Sequence record: MW735835.1
Reading direction: 5' to 3' (one strand)
DNA length: 64,000 bases
Part shown: positions 28,058-38,700 of the stretch, piece by piece
How positions within the stretch are numbered: position 1 is the first letter of the stretch
Layout: the number at the start of each line of letters is the position of its first letter
Notes under the pieces: model-generated
The model's input: only the letters and a program-made list of their open reading frames with translations
What the model was told of the DNA's origin: nothing
The model's database searches: none
Program-made: the position numbers and the translations under genes

Positions 28058-28768
28058 ATGAACAAAGCAATGATGAAGCAATACCTCGGCGTAGTCGAAA
28101 TGACCACGTCGCTGGAATCACTCGAGGGCGTGACCCAAGAAGAGCGTGAATATGAAATCTACGGTCGGGTGGATGATCTGGCTGCCATGAAAGCGGCTGC
28201 CAGTCGTTCTGAGTACCAGGAACAGTGGGGCCTGCCCTGCAATGCTGGTGCCGATGCGGGCGTCTTTGGTAACATCCGCGTGCGCATGACCCGCGAGGGT
28301 GATGACGGCGAACCGAAGTACACCCAGACCATCAAGGTCAAGAAAGATACCGGTAACGATGAGAACGAGATGGACATCTCTGCCGGTACCTTCGAGATCT
28401 TCTCCCGACTGGTGCCGACTGGTCTGCTGAAGACCCGTTACTTCTTCCCGCTGGAAGGTACTGACTACGAACTGGAAGTGGACGTGTTCCATTCCCCGGA
28501 CGGTAAGCAGTGCCCGGTGGTCAAGATCGACCTGGAAGTGCCGGAAGGCGCCACCGTGGATCAGATCAAGATCCCGTTCAAGTTGGAAGACGTACGTGTC
28601 ATCAAGCCTGGCAAGAAATCGCCTGAAGATGCCGACTTCGCCCGTAACCTGTTCGCGAACCACTACGAGTTCAAGAACCCTCTGCATATCAAGGCCGCTC
28701 CTGAGCAGCCTGAAGAGCCCGTAGAGAGCGGCGAAGGCGAAACCCAGGGCGACGCCCAGCCTGCGTAA
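28058..28768 (+). CDS. CYTH-like (triphosphate tunnel metalloenzyme) protein
   Basis: EREYE (ExE), IRVR, YTQTIK, ENEMDI, KTRYFF, LEVDVF, IDLEV are all CYTH-fold motifs. Confidence 0.75.
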   Translation: MNKAMMKQYLGVVEMTTSLESLEGVTQEEREYEIYGRVDDLAAMKAAASRSEYQEQWGLPCNAGADAGVFGNIRVRMTREGDDGEPKYTQTIKVKKDTGNDENEMDISAGTFEIFSRLVPTGLLKTRYFFPLEGTDYELEVDVFHSPDGKQCPVVKIDLEVPEGATVDQIKIPFKLEDVRVIKPGKKSPEDADFARNLFANHYEFKNPLHIKAAPEQPEEPVESGEGETQGDAQPA

Positions 28769-28778
28769 GAACATGCGT

Positions 28779-28825
28779 CATAGAGCCACTCCAGTCCCCT
28801 TACGGAGGCTGGAGTGGCTCTTATG
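28779..28825. terminator. CATAGAG-family hairpin between convergent genes
   Basis: catagagccactccagtcc...ggaggctggagtggctcttatg. Confidence 0.7.
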
Positions 28826-28827
28826 CA

Positions 28828-29037
28828 CTATTCGCCGGATGGCGGAGACCCTAGCAAGGTCAGCAGCGTGTCCAGAGCCTTGTTGATAAGCTCCATGTTC
28901 ATGCTGCGGCCCTCTTTCAATGCTGCGATTGCTTCCACAGCGAAAGAGGCAATAGTCAGTATGATGATCGTGATGATCACGTACCGACTGAGGCCCGACT
29001 TTGCTGCCGGGCTTTTATTTTCGTCTGGCTCAGCCAT
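28828..29037 (-). CDS. Small membrane protein (possible holin/spanin-like)
   Basis: One strong transmembrane helix YVIITIIILTIASFAV; GGAGG RBS. Confidence 0.55.
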   Translation of the reverse strand: MAEPDENKSPAAKSGLSRYVIITIIILTIASFAVEAIAALKEGRSMNMELINKALDTLLTLLGSPPSGE

Positions 29038-29047
29038 GGTAGCCTCC

Positions 29048-29524
29048 CTAGAAGCCAAAGACTTTCCAGAACGCCGAGAAGACAGCGCTCCAGTCGATGC
29101 CGTTGTGCACCGACAATGTCGAGATCATGTAGCCAGCCATACACAGTCCAAGGAAGACCATGAAAAACACCCCCATGAACTGAGGGTTCATCAGCGCGTG
29201 CCGCAGGGCGGCAGTGTCCGCAGTAACTTCATCAGAGTCAGGAGCAGGTTCCGGCTTGCGATCCACGTGCTCCACTACCATCCCTCCCCCGATGGGAGTA
29301 GTGGTGCAACGGCGGTTCGGGTCGATGCTTGCCCGCATGACGAGGTCACGGTTTTCTTCTGGCAGAGACTCAAGGGCGGCGAGGACATCGACGCCGGTGG
29401 ACGCATCCGTCAACCTGTACGGGTCAACAGCGAACACGTTCACCGTATCGCGTACTGCACAGCCCCAAGGGAACTCTTTCAAGGTCGTGTTCCCCAAGAC
29501 CTTTATTACGTCAGAGATTAACAT
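29048..29524 (-). CDS. Membrane protein
   Basis: C-terminal hydrophobic helices (FMGVFFMVFLGLCMAGYMI). Confidence 0.6.
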   Translation of the reverse strand: MLISDVIKVLGNTTLKEFPWGCAVRDTVNVFAVDPYRLTDASTGVDVLAALESLPEENRDLVMRASIDPNRRCTTTPIGGGMVVEHVDRKPEPAPDSDEVTADTAALRHALMNPQFMGVFFMVFLGLCMAGYMISTLSVHNGIDWSAVFSAFWKVFGF

Positions 29525-29542
29525 GACGTGATCCTCACAGGC

Positions 29543-30133
29543 TTATCCCCTGAGGAACCCGGCCGCTTTCCGAATGGCTTCACCATGTGCAATGATGACG
29601 GCAATGGCGTCGTACTCGTGCTCCGTCAGGGCATCTTTGCGAATGTCTTCATTATAGGTGATGAACGGCAATGCGAGGACGCAATCCTTGATTACGACCT
29701 TCTTCATTGAGAAGTTGGCAGTTTGGACGGCACGCTTGGCTTCACCCGGAGTGACCCGGTAGATGTCCGATGAAGGATTATACTCCTCAACCGCTTGGCG
29801 GATGAAGATCATCATCTCTGTCAGCGTCTCGAAGCTCTGCACGCGTCTTGGCATGAAGAACGGAGTTTCGACAGCAACAGCGTGAGGGTTGTGGAACCGG
29901 AGTTCCCTGCGTAACGCAGCTTGCAGGGTGTTCTGGCGGGCCCAGCGAGCACCATGAGTCGTTACCAACCCAGAGTACTCGCCAAGCATTTTCTCTGCCA
30001 CAAACGTGTCTTTAAACAGGATGTGGTAGGTACCGTGCCTAAGGTCAAGATCGGCAATCACCATTCCCAGTTGGGATGAACCATTGTCGATCCCCATAAT
30101 CCGGTAGATGAATGACTCGTCAGAGAACTGCAT
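29543..30133 (-). CDS. ruvC: RuvC-like Holliday junction resolvase
   Basis: IMGIDNG, AVAVETP, EYDAIAV give the RuvC acidic catalytic set. Confidence 0.75.
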   Translation of the reverse strand: MQFSDESFIYRIMGIDNGSSQLGMVIADLDLRHGTYHILFKDTFVAEKMLGEYSGLVTTHGARWARQNTLQAALRRELRFHNPHAVAVETPFFMPRRVQSFETLTEMMIFIRQAVEEYNPSSDIYRVTPGEAKRAVQTANFSMKKVVIKDCVLALPFITYNEDIRKDALTEHEYDAIAVIIAHGEAIRKAAGFLRG

Positions 30134-30155
30134 AAACTTTACCTTAGGCGGTTAC

Positions 30156-31031
30156 TTAGCCGCCAAGCAGAGACATGGTCACGGTCGGAATCTGACCGGT
30201 GGCGAGCAGCGGTTGAACGGCACCCACTTCGAGGCTGAAGTCGAAGCCTTTGCTGTTGAAGATCAGCTCGTAATGACCACTGATGTGCGCTGCGATCTGG
30301 GCGGCAATCACTTCCTTGAAATTGACTGCACCAGCCGAGGTGTTGATGGAAACGTCGGCGTCAACGCCGGTCACGAAGCCGAACTCGGAGATGATCGCCA
30401 TGCGGCGGTCACCGAAGAGGGTCTCGGCTACGTTGTACAGCTCAGCGACGTCTTTCTCGGTGAACGGCATCGGTACGATGGCGCTGGTGGCCAGGTACTC
30501 GTTGCTGGTGGTGACAGCGCCGGTGTTCGGGATCTCCGGCGGAGTCGGGCTCAGGTTCGCTTCGGTGTAGACGTAATCTTCGATCACGGTCTGACCGTCA
30601 ACGATGGTGCGCTTGGTCATCTTCGGCAGGACGCCGGTCTTGTCCAGACGCTTGCCGTAGTAGGCGATCTTGTTGACGCTGTCGACCGAAATGATCTTGC
30701 GCAGGAAGTACTTCGAACGCTCACCGGCCGTCAGGTCGTCGTTCATGTCACGGATGACGAACGGCAGGTGCTTGTACAGACCAGCATCACCCGAGCTGTG
30801 GTCCACGACCTGGCTCAGCGGGATGTTGTTGGCGCCCATGGTGTACGCGTGACCGCCGATACCGATGGTGAAACCCTTCAGGTTCGGGATCATGCCCGGC
30901 TGAATGACGGCGTTGGCTTGGACGTCGAACTTCTGGTTCAGCGTGGTGTTGTCTTTCTTGTCGAAGTTCACACCCAGGAAGTTGGATACCTGGAGGAAGT
31001 TCGACAACTGAGTTGGAACGATCTTTTGCAT
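30156..31031 (-). CDS. Virion structural protein (phiKZ-like)
   Basis: 291-aa strongly biased ORF in the structural operon. Confidence 0.6.
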   Translation of the reverse strand: MQKIVPTQLSNFLQVSNFLGVNFDKKDNTTLNQKFDVQANAVIQPGMIPNLKGFTIGIGGHAYTMGANNIPLSQVVDHSSGDAGLYKHLPFVIRDMNDDLTAGERSKYFLRKIISVDSVNKIAYYGKRLDKTGVLPKMTKRTIVDGQTVIEDYVYTEANLSPTPPEIPNTGAVTTSNEYLATSAIVPMPFTEKDVAELYNVAETLFGDRRMAIISEFGFVTGVDADVSINTSAGAVNFKEVIAAQIAAHISGHYELIFNSKGFDFSLEVGAVQPLLATGQIPTVTMSLLGG

Positions 31032-31086
31032 GACTGAGGCCTTTAAAGGTCAGGGACGAATAGGGTTCATACGATTGGCAGCGAGG

Positions 31087-32106
31087 TCACTGATCGCCGA
31101 TCGGCAGGTTATCGATGCGATCGCGCCTGAGCCAGGTATCACGGTTGTAGTAACCGATGATCCACTGACCGCGGATGTTCTTGCAGTACACATCCGAGAA
31201 CTGGATGATGAGCAAGTTGGTGACCTTGGGGTCGTCAATGTAGACTTCGCCCGTGTTCAAGCCGTTGTAAATCACCTTGGCGCCATAGAGGTTGAACGGC
31301 ACCATGTCTTCACCGGTGAAGACCCAGTTGTCGTGGGTCACGGCTTTCGCTGTATCGACAATCCATTCCCCTACCAAATCGCCGACCTTCTGGCCTTGCA
31401 TCACATGGTAGTGGTCTACGAACTTGTGGTTCGGCAGAATCATCTCAGCCGGCATCTTGTTGTGATCACCCGGGCCGAGGTACGTACGGACTTCCAGGGT
31501 GGTCTTGATGTCACGGTCGAGGAACTGCACGGCCTCGCGGATGAAGACGTTGATTTCACCCATGAAGATCGGGTGCTCAGGCTTCATGCGAATGACCACG
31601 TTCTGGGCAATCGGAGCGACGAAGTCACCGCACGTATCGGTTTCCAGGATGGAGCCCATGTGCGTGCGGAACAGTACGTCGTTCAGATCCACTGGCTTGA
31701 ATTCAAATTCCACCAGATCCAGATCAAGAAAGAGACCATATTGTTCCAGCAAAGCTTTCAAAATTACTTCATGAGCCATGTCCACCGCGTAGATCACGAA
31801 GGGAACAGATACGAAGTAATCCTGGATCACCAGACGGCGGTAGGTGAGCTGTTGCTCCTTGCGCCAGCCCGATTCCGGTGTCGGCTTGACAACGATACCG
31901 GTCAGGGTGCCCTGAGTGGGTCGCGGGTTGTCGTAAGCCTGCATGTGAGTCAGTTTGATCTGCGGTTCCGTCTCTTGCATCGGGAACGGCGCACCAAAGG
32001 TGATCTGCCACGGCTCGACAGCGGTCTTGTTGGTAAAGTTGAAGATGTCCAGCAACATCTCGTTTGCGGGCTTGTTATACCGCAGGGGACGTACGTAAGC
32101 AGACAT
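31087..32106 (-). CDS. Virion structural/baseplate-associated protein
   Basis: QLTYRRLVI motif of the paralog family; operon context. Confidence 0.6.
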   Translation of the reverse strand: MSAYVRPLRYNKPANEMLLDIFNFTNKTAVEPWQITFGAPFPMQETEPQIKLTHMQAYDNPRPTQGTLTGIVVKPTPESGWRKEQQLTYRRLVIQDYFVSVPFVIYAVDMAHEVILKALLEQYGLFLDLDLVEFEFKPVDLNDVLFRTHMGSILETDTCGDFVAPIAQNVVIRMKPEHPIFMGEINVFIREAVQFLDRDIKTTLEVRTYLGPGDHNKMPAEMILPNHKFVDHYHVMQGQKVGDLVGEWIVDTAKAVTHDNWVFTGEDMVPFNLYGAKVIYNGLNTGEVYIDDPKVTNLLIIQFSDVYCKNIRGQWIIGYYNRDTWLRRDRIDNLPIGDQ

Positions 32107-32115
32107 GTGAACCTC

Positions 32116-32559
32116 TTAGGCTTTCTGGATGGTCATCTGACCGTACCACCGCAGGGAGTTTGCAGCTGCCTGTAGGGTAAAGGACGGTGTGTTGAAGACC
32201 ACTGAATCGAAGTCGCTCTGAGCGAAGACGATGCCGGTCTTGGCGGAGATCGCATTGCCTACGTCGTGGCTGAGGATCTCGCCGTCGAACGGCACAGGGA
32301 ACGGCGTGCTGAACAGAGCACCCAAATCGATGCGTTTGATCGTGATGTCGCACTGACCACTGAAGCGGTTCGCCTCCGAGTTCGGGAGCGAAGCGCGGGC
32401 CTTTATGCGCAGCACGATGTCAGGGCCATTGCTGCTGACCACGGAAACCAGTTCCACGAAACGCGGATTAAACTGGGTGCCGTGCACTTCATTGAAAGCA
32501 ATCAGCGCGGCCTCGAACGGTTCGTACTTGAGCAGCTGCTCGAGGGTAAAGTTGGCCAT
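32116..32559 (-). CDS. Virion structural protein
   Basis: ITIKRIDL motif; AANSLRWYG similar to ADNLRYTG in 32562..33545. Confidence 0.6.
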   Translation of the reverse strand: MANFTLEQLLKYEPFEAALIAFNEVHGTQFNPRFVELVSVVSSNGPDIVLRIKARASLPNSEANRFSGQCDITIKRIDLGALFSTPFPVPFDGEILSHDVGNAISAKTGIVFAQSDFDSVVFNTPSFTLQAAANSLRWYGQMTIQKA

Positions 32560-32561
32560 GA

Positions 32562-33545
32562 TCAGTTCGCCTTGTAGTCGATGGTCAGCTCGCCGGTGTA
32601 ACGCAGGTTGTCAGCCCGGAAGACGATAGTCAACGTCACCAGCTGACCAGAAGGCACTGGCTGGTAGGTTTCGATCTCCACGTCAACCAATGCGATAGGC
32701 AAGCCGGTCTGCTGAGCCACCGCAGCGATCATGTACATGGTGGTCGGGACACTCGGACCCTGGACCACGAACTGTGCACCGCTCTGGCTCCAGCCAAAAT
32801 CGTAACGGGTGTAGACCAGTTCGACATTGCCCAGGTAGTAGCCATCACCGGAAGCAGTGGCCACGATCTTGGTGTTGTCGTACCGGTAACCGCTGATCTT
32901 TTCCGGCGTACCAAACGTCATCCGAGCCGGCTCCAGAGGGTACGGCAGAGTGGCGTTGTTATCGGCTTGCATCTGGGTGATGAGTCTGGCCTGGGCCTCG
33001 CCAGTGAAGTCGGCTGCCGCGCGGAACCCACTGAGAGTGGTGTCAGCGATGACATCGACCAGCTGTCGCTGTTTCGGCTTGAGCACGAAAGTGTCCGACC
33101 CGTAGAGCAGGAACTGGCCCGGATTCATCGTCAGAGTGACGTTACCCAGTGCATTGACCGGAGCGTTCACCACCTGGTCCGAACGATCGGCCAAACCGTT
33201 GGCATGGCAGAAGATCGCCATCAGCTCTTTGGTGGTGGTGGGGAGGTCTGCTCGGATGGTCGAACCGAACTTGCTCTTGAGCGCTGCCAGTGCGATCCGG
33301 CGGTACCGGATGTCCTGGCTGTTCTGATAACCCCACAGGGAGACATCAGCTTTACTGCGGTTGATCGACACAGCAGTCTTGGCAAACTGAGCATCAGCCT
33401 CCACGCGAATGGGGCCGTATTGGAATCCCGAAGCATCTACGCCCGCAGTAAGCAAAGAGCCCAGGAGGCGCTGGAACGCCTCCTGGTCGGATTCCTTCAG
33501 TGCTGCCAGGGTCAACTGGGCGCCACTAAGGATTTGTGAAGGCAT
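32562..33545 (-). CDS. Virion structural protein (two paralog-family domains)
   Basis: IRYRRIAL and LVYTRYDF motifs. Confidence 0.6.
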   Translation of the reverse strand: MPSQILSGAQLTLAALKESDQEAFQRLLGSLLTAGVDASGFQYGPIRVEADAQFAKTAVSINRSKADVSLWGYQNSQDIRYRRIALAALKSKFGSTIRADLPTTTKELMAIFCHANGLADRSDQVVNAPVNALGNVTLTMNPGQFLLYGSDTFVLKPKQRQLVDVIADTTLSGFRAAADFTGEAQARLITQMQADNNATLPYPLEPARMTFGTPEKISGYRYDNTKIVATASGDGYYLGNVELVYTRYDFGWSQSGAQFVVQGPSVPTTMYMIAAVAQQTGLPIALVDVEIETYQPVPSGQLVTLTIVFRADNLRYTGELTIDYKAN

Positions 33546-35715
33546 CGGTTTCTGTCCTGTCGAAAAGGTCAGCGATTGGCTTGGACTGGAGGCTCGGGAT
33601 AGCAGCCACTTTACCGTTCAAGGTAGTCAGGTCCACCGTCGGTTGCGTAATCGCCCCGAACAATGTTCCCAGGGACACACCTCGTTCGATGTATTGGTTC
33701 ATCCCAGACATGTCCCAGTCCAACCCGATCTGCATTTCCATGTCGTGAGCAGCGTGCTGATCGAATGCCCGAATGGACACGCCGCTCAGGTCGATCAACT
33801 GCTTCCACTTGGCCTTGCCGTAGAAGTCCAGCGGGACTGCCAAGGTGACCGGGAGACGCATGTGGTGGTGGGAAATGCCGCCTTGGTTGTGCCAGCGGAT
33901 GTGCGGCCAGTCAAACATCATGACCGCTTCTTCGTTGATCTGTTGAATGAACTGGATGCTGTAGGACGACAGCTGCGACATGATGTTCAGCATCGCACGC
34001 TGGATGTCTTTCAGGGTCATGGCGGTGCGCAACGACAGACCAGTGGCCTGGTTGAGGATACCGAGCATGATTTCATCAAGTTCAGACGGGGTGTAGTTCT
34101 CGAAGCTAAGTCCACGGTCACGCAACCACTGGGAATAGTTCTGCCCGTGGTCCATGTCGACTGGGATGTCGGCATAGAAGCGATTGGTCATCAACTGGAT
34201 CTCGGCGTATTGCAGGAGGTCTTCCCGGAACACGTAAAGATCACGGTGCAGGAGCATCCGGGCTTGGATTTCTTGACACGCCTTGAGGAATGAGTCCACC
34301 GACACGTAGTTGGTGATAACGACATTGTCCTTCAAAGCTTCATTGATGAATGCATCGCTGGTGACTTCGCGAGTGGTGATGCTGCGCAGCTCTTCGAAGG
34401 TCGGCAAAGGCATCCGACGTACCCGTTTGGCCATGATCCGAGGGATCTCGACCATCTCCACGCCCAGACGGAGCATGTAGAGGTACTGGTAGACGATGTA
34501 CGCCTCTTTCATGGACAGCTTGAAGCTCTCGCCGCCATTCGGCATCTGCAAAGTCAGCACCGTGCGGTACAAACCCTTGTCTGCGAAGTAGATCCACTGG
34601 TTCAGTAGCACTTCCGAGAGGGTGTACGGCTCGGATTCCTTCAGATCGAGGACGTTCGACTCAAGCGTCTTGGTCTCGACCTCGGCATTGAGGCTTCTGG
34701 CCGCCAATGTCGGGATGTATTCCTCAGCATACTCCTGTTCGGAGAGGTTCGAACGGGCCAACGTGCGCTGAAGATCCAACATCTGTCGGGTATTCTTGAT
34801 GTCTTCACCCAACGCCGACGGAATTCCGTTGATGCTGGAGCGGAAGTACTGAATTTCCGGGTCGTAGTTCTCAGCGACCGCCTCATCTTGTTGCTGGAGG
34901 GTGTATTCGGCCACCGGGAAGTTCCGTTTGGTCATGACTTGCTCGACCAGTTCACGGAAAATCTCGTCTTTACCGTTGTTGCGCATGATGTAACGAATGT
35001 TGCGGTAGAAATACAGCCGCTGGAACTCGTTCATCTCGTTGTAGTACTGGTCCAAGGGACCAAACGACGCCAGGTAACGACGAATGTGGTAGCTGTGCAC
35101 CTTCTCGGTACGGCAGTTGTCCAAACGAATGGACTTGATCTGCTTACCCATGGCCATGAACATCACGCCGAGGCGTGCTGCGATGAACATGCTGTTGTTG
35201 ATGCGGTAATCATCAGCTGCCCAACGGATAAAAAGACCGTTGATCCACTCTTGCAGCTGTGGGATCAGGTTGGTTTCCCGCGATTCGACCAGGGACGGGT
35301 CATAATAGAGAATACTATGATCCGGCGCGGCGATTGCCTTAGCCATATCCACTGGATACAAGATTCCGTGGATAAGCATGTCTTGATGCGGGTACCGAGC
35401 AATCAGCTCTCTATAGTAGCGGGAGTCGTACTGATACTCTCGCCACGTGGCTCGGTGGATGTCCATGTTCTCACGGGTGAAATCAATCTCCTCGTGGGTA
35501 TCCATGGAGGTGACTTTCATGGGCGTGTCAGTAGAGTGGTACTGACCCGCCAGGTTGAGGTAGTATTTCCAGGTCTCTGGCTTGCCGGCGAGTACTTCGT
35601 GTCCCATGATGGACAGTCGGCTGTTGATGATCTCGCAAGTCGCCTCATCCTTCACCACCATAGTGGCAGCCAACCTGACCACCGACTCGTGATAGATCTG
35701 ATAAAGAGTACTCAT
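33526..35715 (-). CDS. Baseplate/virion structural protein (phiKZ gp128-like)
   Basis: WKYYLNLAGQYH, VHSYHIRRYLAS, YFYRNIRYI; divergent from the portal gene as in phiKZ-like genomes. Confidence 0.6.
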   Translation of the reverse strand: MSTLYQIYHESVVRLAATMVVKDEATCEIINSRLSIMGHEVLAGKPETWKYYLNLAGQYHSTDTPMKVTSMDTHEEIDFTRENMDIHRATWREYQYDSRYYRELIARYPHQDMLIHGILYPVDMAKAIAAPDHSILYYDPSLVESRETNLIPQLQEWINGLFIRWAADDYRINNSMFIAARLGVMFMAMGKQIKSIRLDNCRTEKVHSYHIRRYLASFGPLDQYYNEMNEFQRLYFYRNIRYIMRNNGKDEIFRELVEQVMTKRNFPVAEYTLQQQDEAVAENYDPEIQYFRSSINGIPSALGEDIKNTRQMLDLQRTLARSNLSEQEYAEEYIPTLAARSLNAEVETKTLESNVLDLKESEPYTLSEVLLNQWIYFADKGLYRTVLTLQMPNGGESFKLSMKEAYIVYQYLYMLRLGVEMVEIPRIMAKRVRRMPLPTFEELRSITTREVTSDAFINEALKDNVVITNYVSVDSFLKACQEIQARMLLHRDLYVFREDLLQYAEIQLMTNRFYADIPVDMDHGQNYSQWLRDRGLSFENYTPSELDEIMLGILNQATGLSLRTAMTLKDIQRAMLNIMSQLSSYSIQFIQQINEEAVMMFDWPHIRWHNQGGISHHHMRLPVTLAVPLDFYGKAKWKQLIDLSGVSIRAFDQHAAHDMEMQIGLDWDMSGMNQYIERGVSLGTLFGAITQPTVDLTTLNGKVAAIPSLQSKPIADLFDRTETDAFTNP

Positions 35716-35746
35716 CGTTTAGATTCCAGATGGATAAGAGGTAAAC

Positions 35747-38700
35747 ATGAATGACCAAGTGAGGCGGTTTCCGCAGTTCGCTGGCCAGCGTTCGATCCCG
35801 AACGAGGTAAAGGCTGCGATCTCGAAACTCGGCGCAGATCCGCACGGTTCCGCCAATAAACGCGGAAATATGCGGCTACCCGATGGTCGTGTGATGGCAC
35901 ACGTTGCCAACACGACCATCGGTAACATCCGCGATGCACGCAACCTCTTCCAAATCCTGCCGGACATGGACTATGCGCGGCAGATCCTGATCTCGGCCAC
36001 CATCTCCCCCGGTGACCTGACGGACACGAAGGTTCTGTACAGCCTGGCGGATGACTCGCTCGATAGCAACCTGTCCGGACCTCTCTTGAGGATGGTCCAG
36101 GAGTTCTTCGATAATTCCTATAGGATTAGGCCGCTGCTACACCCGATCCTGAACGACGTTATGTTCGAGACGGGCTCCTATCCGATCATGATGATGCCTG
36201 AGTCGTCTATCGACCGAATCATCAACTCGGAGAACTATGGCGGCGTGTCCATGGAGTCTGCCCAACAGACCCTCGACGCGTACATGCAGGAAGAAACCAA
36301 GGATGGCAAGTACATCCCGTGGGGCATCCTGGGTAACGCCAACGCAGCCAAGGACAACGTCGATAGCTACACCGGCGTGTCGTTTGAAAGTCTGACCTTC
36401 AACGGTAGCAGCTACAACTCGGCGGTGCAAACCACCGAACTGAAGGTATCGTTCGAAAACCTGCTGGTGGACAACGAGGCCAACAAGAAGTACCGCAGTG
36501 ACCTGCAAGTGCAGTCCACTGAGATGAACAAGATCCTCAACAGCAAGGGATCGACGGTTGACGTCATCGACAACCTGACCATCCTGAAGCGTCCGCAGAT
36601 CGTGGAGACCCGTCGTAAGTTGGCCGTGCGCCGCATTTATGGCGGCAAGCTGCATCAGCGCGCTTCGCTGGAAAGTCGTGCTCAGAACGGCGACAGAGAT
36701 GCAGCACGTAACCTGGCCGCTGTTGAACGCAGCATGTACCAGAAGCGCCGCTACCAGCACATCCCTGTCCAGCCGATCATGACCCACTCCCAGACCGGCA
36801 CCGAGACCTATGGTCATCCGCTGGTCATGCACCTGCCGTCGGAATCGGTGATCCCGATCCACGTCCCAGGCAACCCGGCTGAACACGTTGGCTACTACGT
36901 CATGTTGGACATCGATGGCAACCCCATCAGCGTGGCTGATCAGACGTCGTACTACGACGACATCAAGTCGCAGATGAACAACGTGGACAGCTACGCCTCG
37001 CAAATCATCCAACAGGCCCGTCGGGGCTTCGAGGGGATGGGCGACTTCCACAACGAGATCATCGACGAGATGGGCAAGGTGTATTCCGAGGCCATCGAAC
37101 GTGATCTGCTGGCGCGGCTGCGTGCCGGTGCCCTCTCTGGCAACTACGAGCTGGGCAAGACCGAGAACATCAACCGCATCATGTTCGGTCGTCACATGAA
37201 GGGTCAGAAGACCATCATGCTGTACGTGCCTGCTGAACTGATGACTTACATCGCATTCGACTACAACGAGTTCGGTGTCGGTAAATCGGTCCTGGAAGAC
37301 GGCAAGATCCTGGGCGCTATCCGTGCCTCGCTGATGCTGTCCAACACCCTGGCTACCCTCAACAACGCGGTCGGTGGTAAGACCATCGAGATCGAGCTGG
37401 ACCCTGAAGACGAAGACCCGGTATCCACGGTGGAGTTCATGCTCTCCGAGTACGCCAAGGTCAACGCCCAAGGCTTCAGTCGCATCATCGGTTCTACTCA
37501 CCCGTTGGGCCTGGCTGACCAGATCCAAAACCACGGCGTCAACGTGGTGGTCTCGGGTAACACCCGTTATCCGGAAACCAAGCTCAACGTCAGCTCGCGT
37601 GATGGCACCAACAAGCCCATCGACTCTGATTTCGAAGAGACGATGCGTAAGCGTCACATCCAGATGTTCGGCTTGTCGCCGGAGGTCATGGAGGGCATCA
37701 ACCAGGCTGACTTCGCGACTACGGTCGTGCAGAACAACCTGATGCTGCTCAAACGCGTGATCATGAACCAGGAGAAGTTCGAGCCATTCCTCACCGACTT
37801 CGTGCGGCGGTACATCTTGAACAGCGGTACCTTCCTGGAAGACATGCGTGCCTTGATCATCGAGAACAAGACGCTCATCCCAGACCACATCAAGCAAGAC
37901 GAACGCTTCAAGGACGACGAAGCCGCTCAGGTGGATGCGTTCCTGTTCGAGTTCATCGACAGCCTGATGGTAGGTCTGCCTTCGCCGGAAGTGGGCGACA
38001 TCAGAAAGGCCATGGAGTCTTTCGATTCGTACAGCGAGGCGCTGGACAAGGTCATCGACGCGTACGTCAACGAGGAGATGTTTGCTGCCGATTACTCGGT
38101 GGGCATGGAACAACTCATCCCCAACATCAAAGCGGTCACCAAAGCGGAGTTCCAACGCCGCTGGTTGCGCAAGCACAACGTCATGCCCGAGCTGGATGTG
38201 TTCAACACGGTCAGGGAAGAAGATCAAGGCCCAGCCTTCGATCTCCTGGGCGCGGCGGAAGAACACCTCGACGGCCTCAATGGCTCCATTGCCAGCTACG
38301 TCAAACGTCTGGTTAAGGCAGCCAAGAAGCGCGCCAAAGTGCTCGAGAAACTCACCGAAGAGAAGACCGAACTGGAAAATCTCAAGAACGACGCCGCCGG
38401 CGCCGGTGGTGACGACTACGGCAGCGATGCCGGAGGCGGTGATGGTGGTGATGATCTGGGTGACGGCGGTGACGCCGGTCTGGATCTGGATGGCGGTGAT
38501 GCAGGAGACGGGGGTACTGACGAGGGCGGAGACGGCCTTGACATGGACCTCGATGGAGGTGACGGCACTGACACCGGCGATGCCGGTGATGGCACCGATG
38601 GTCTCGACCTTGACGGTGGAGATGGTGCTGACGGTACCGACGGTGGTGAATCCGGCGCCGATGCAGAGCTTGCCGCTCTGGACGCTGGTGGGGAGGGCGG

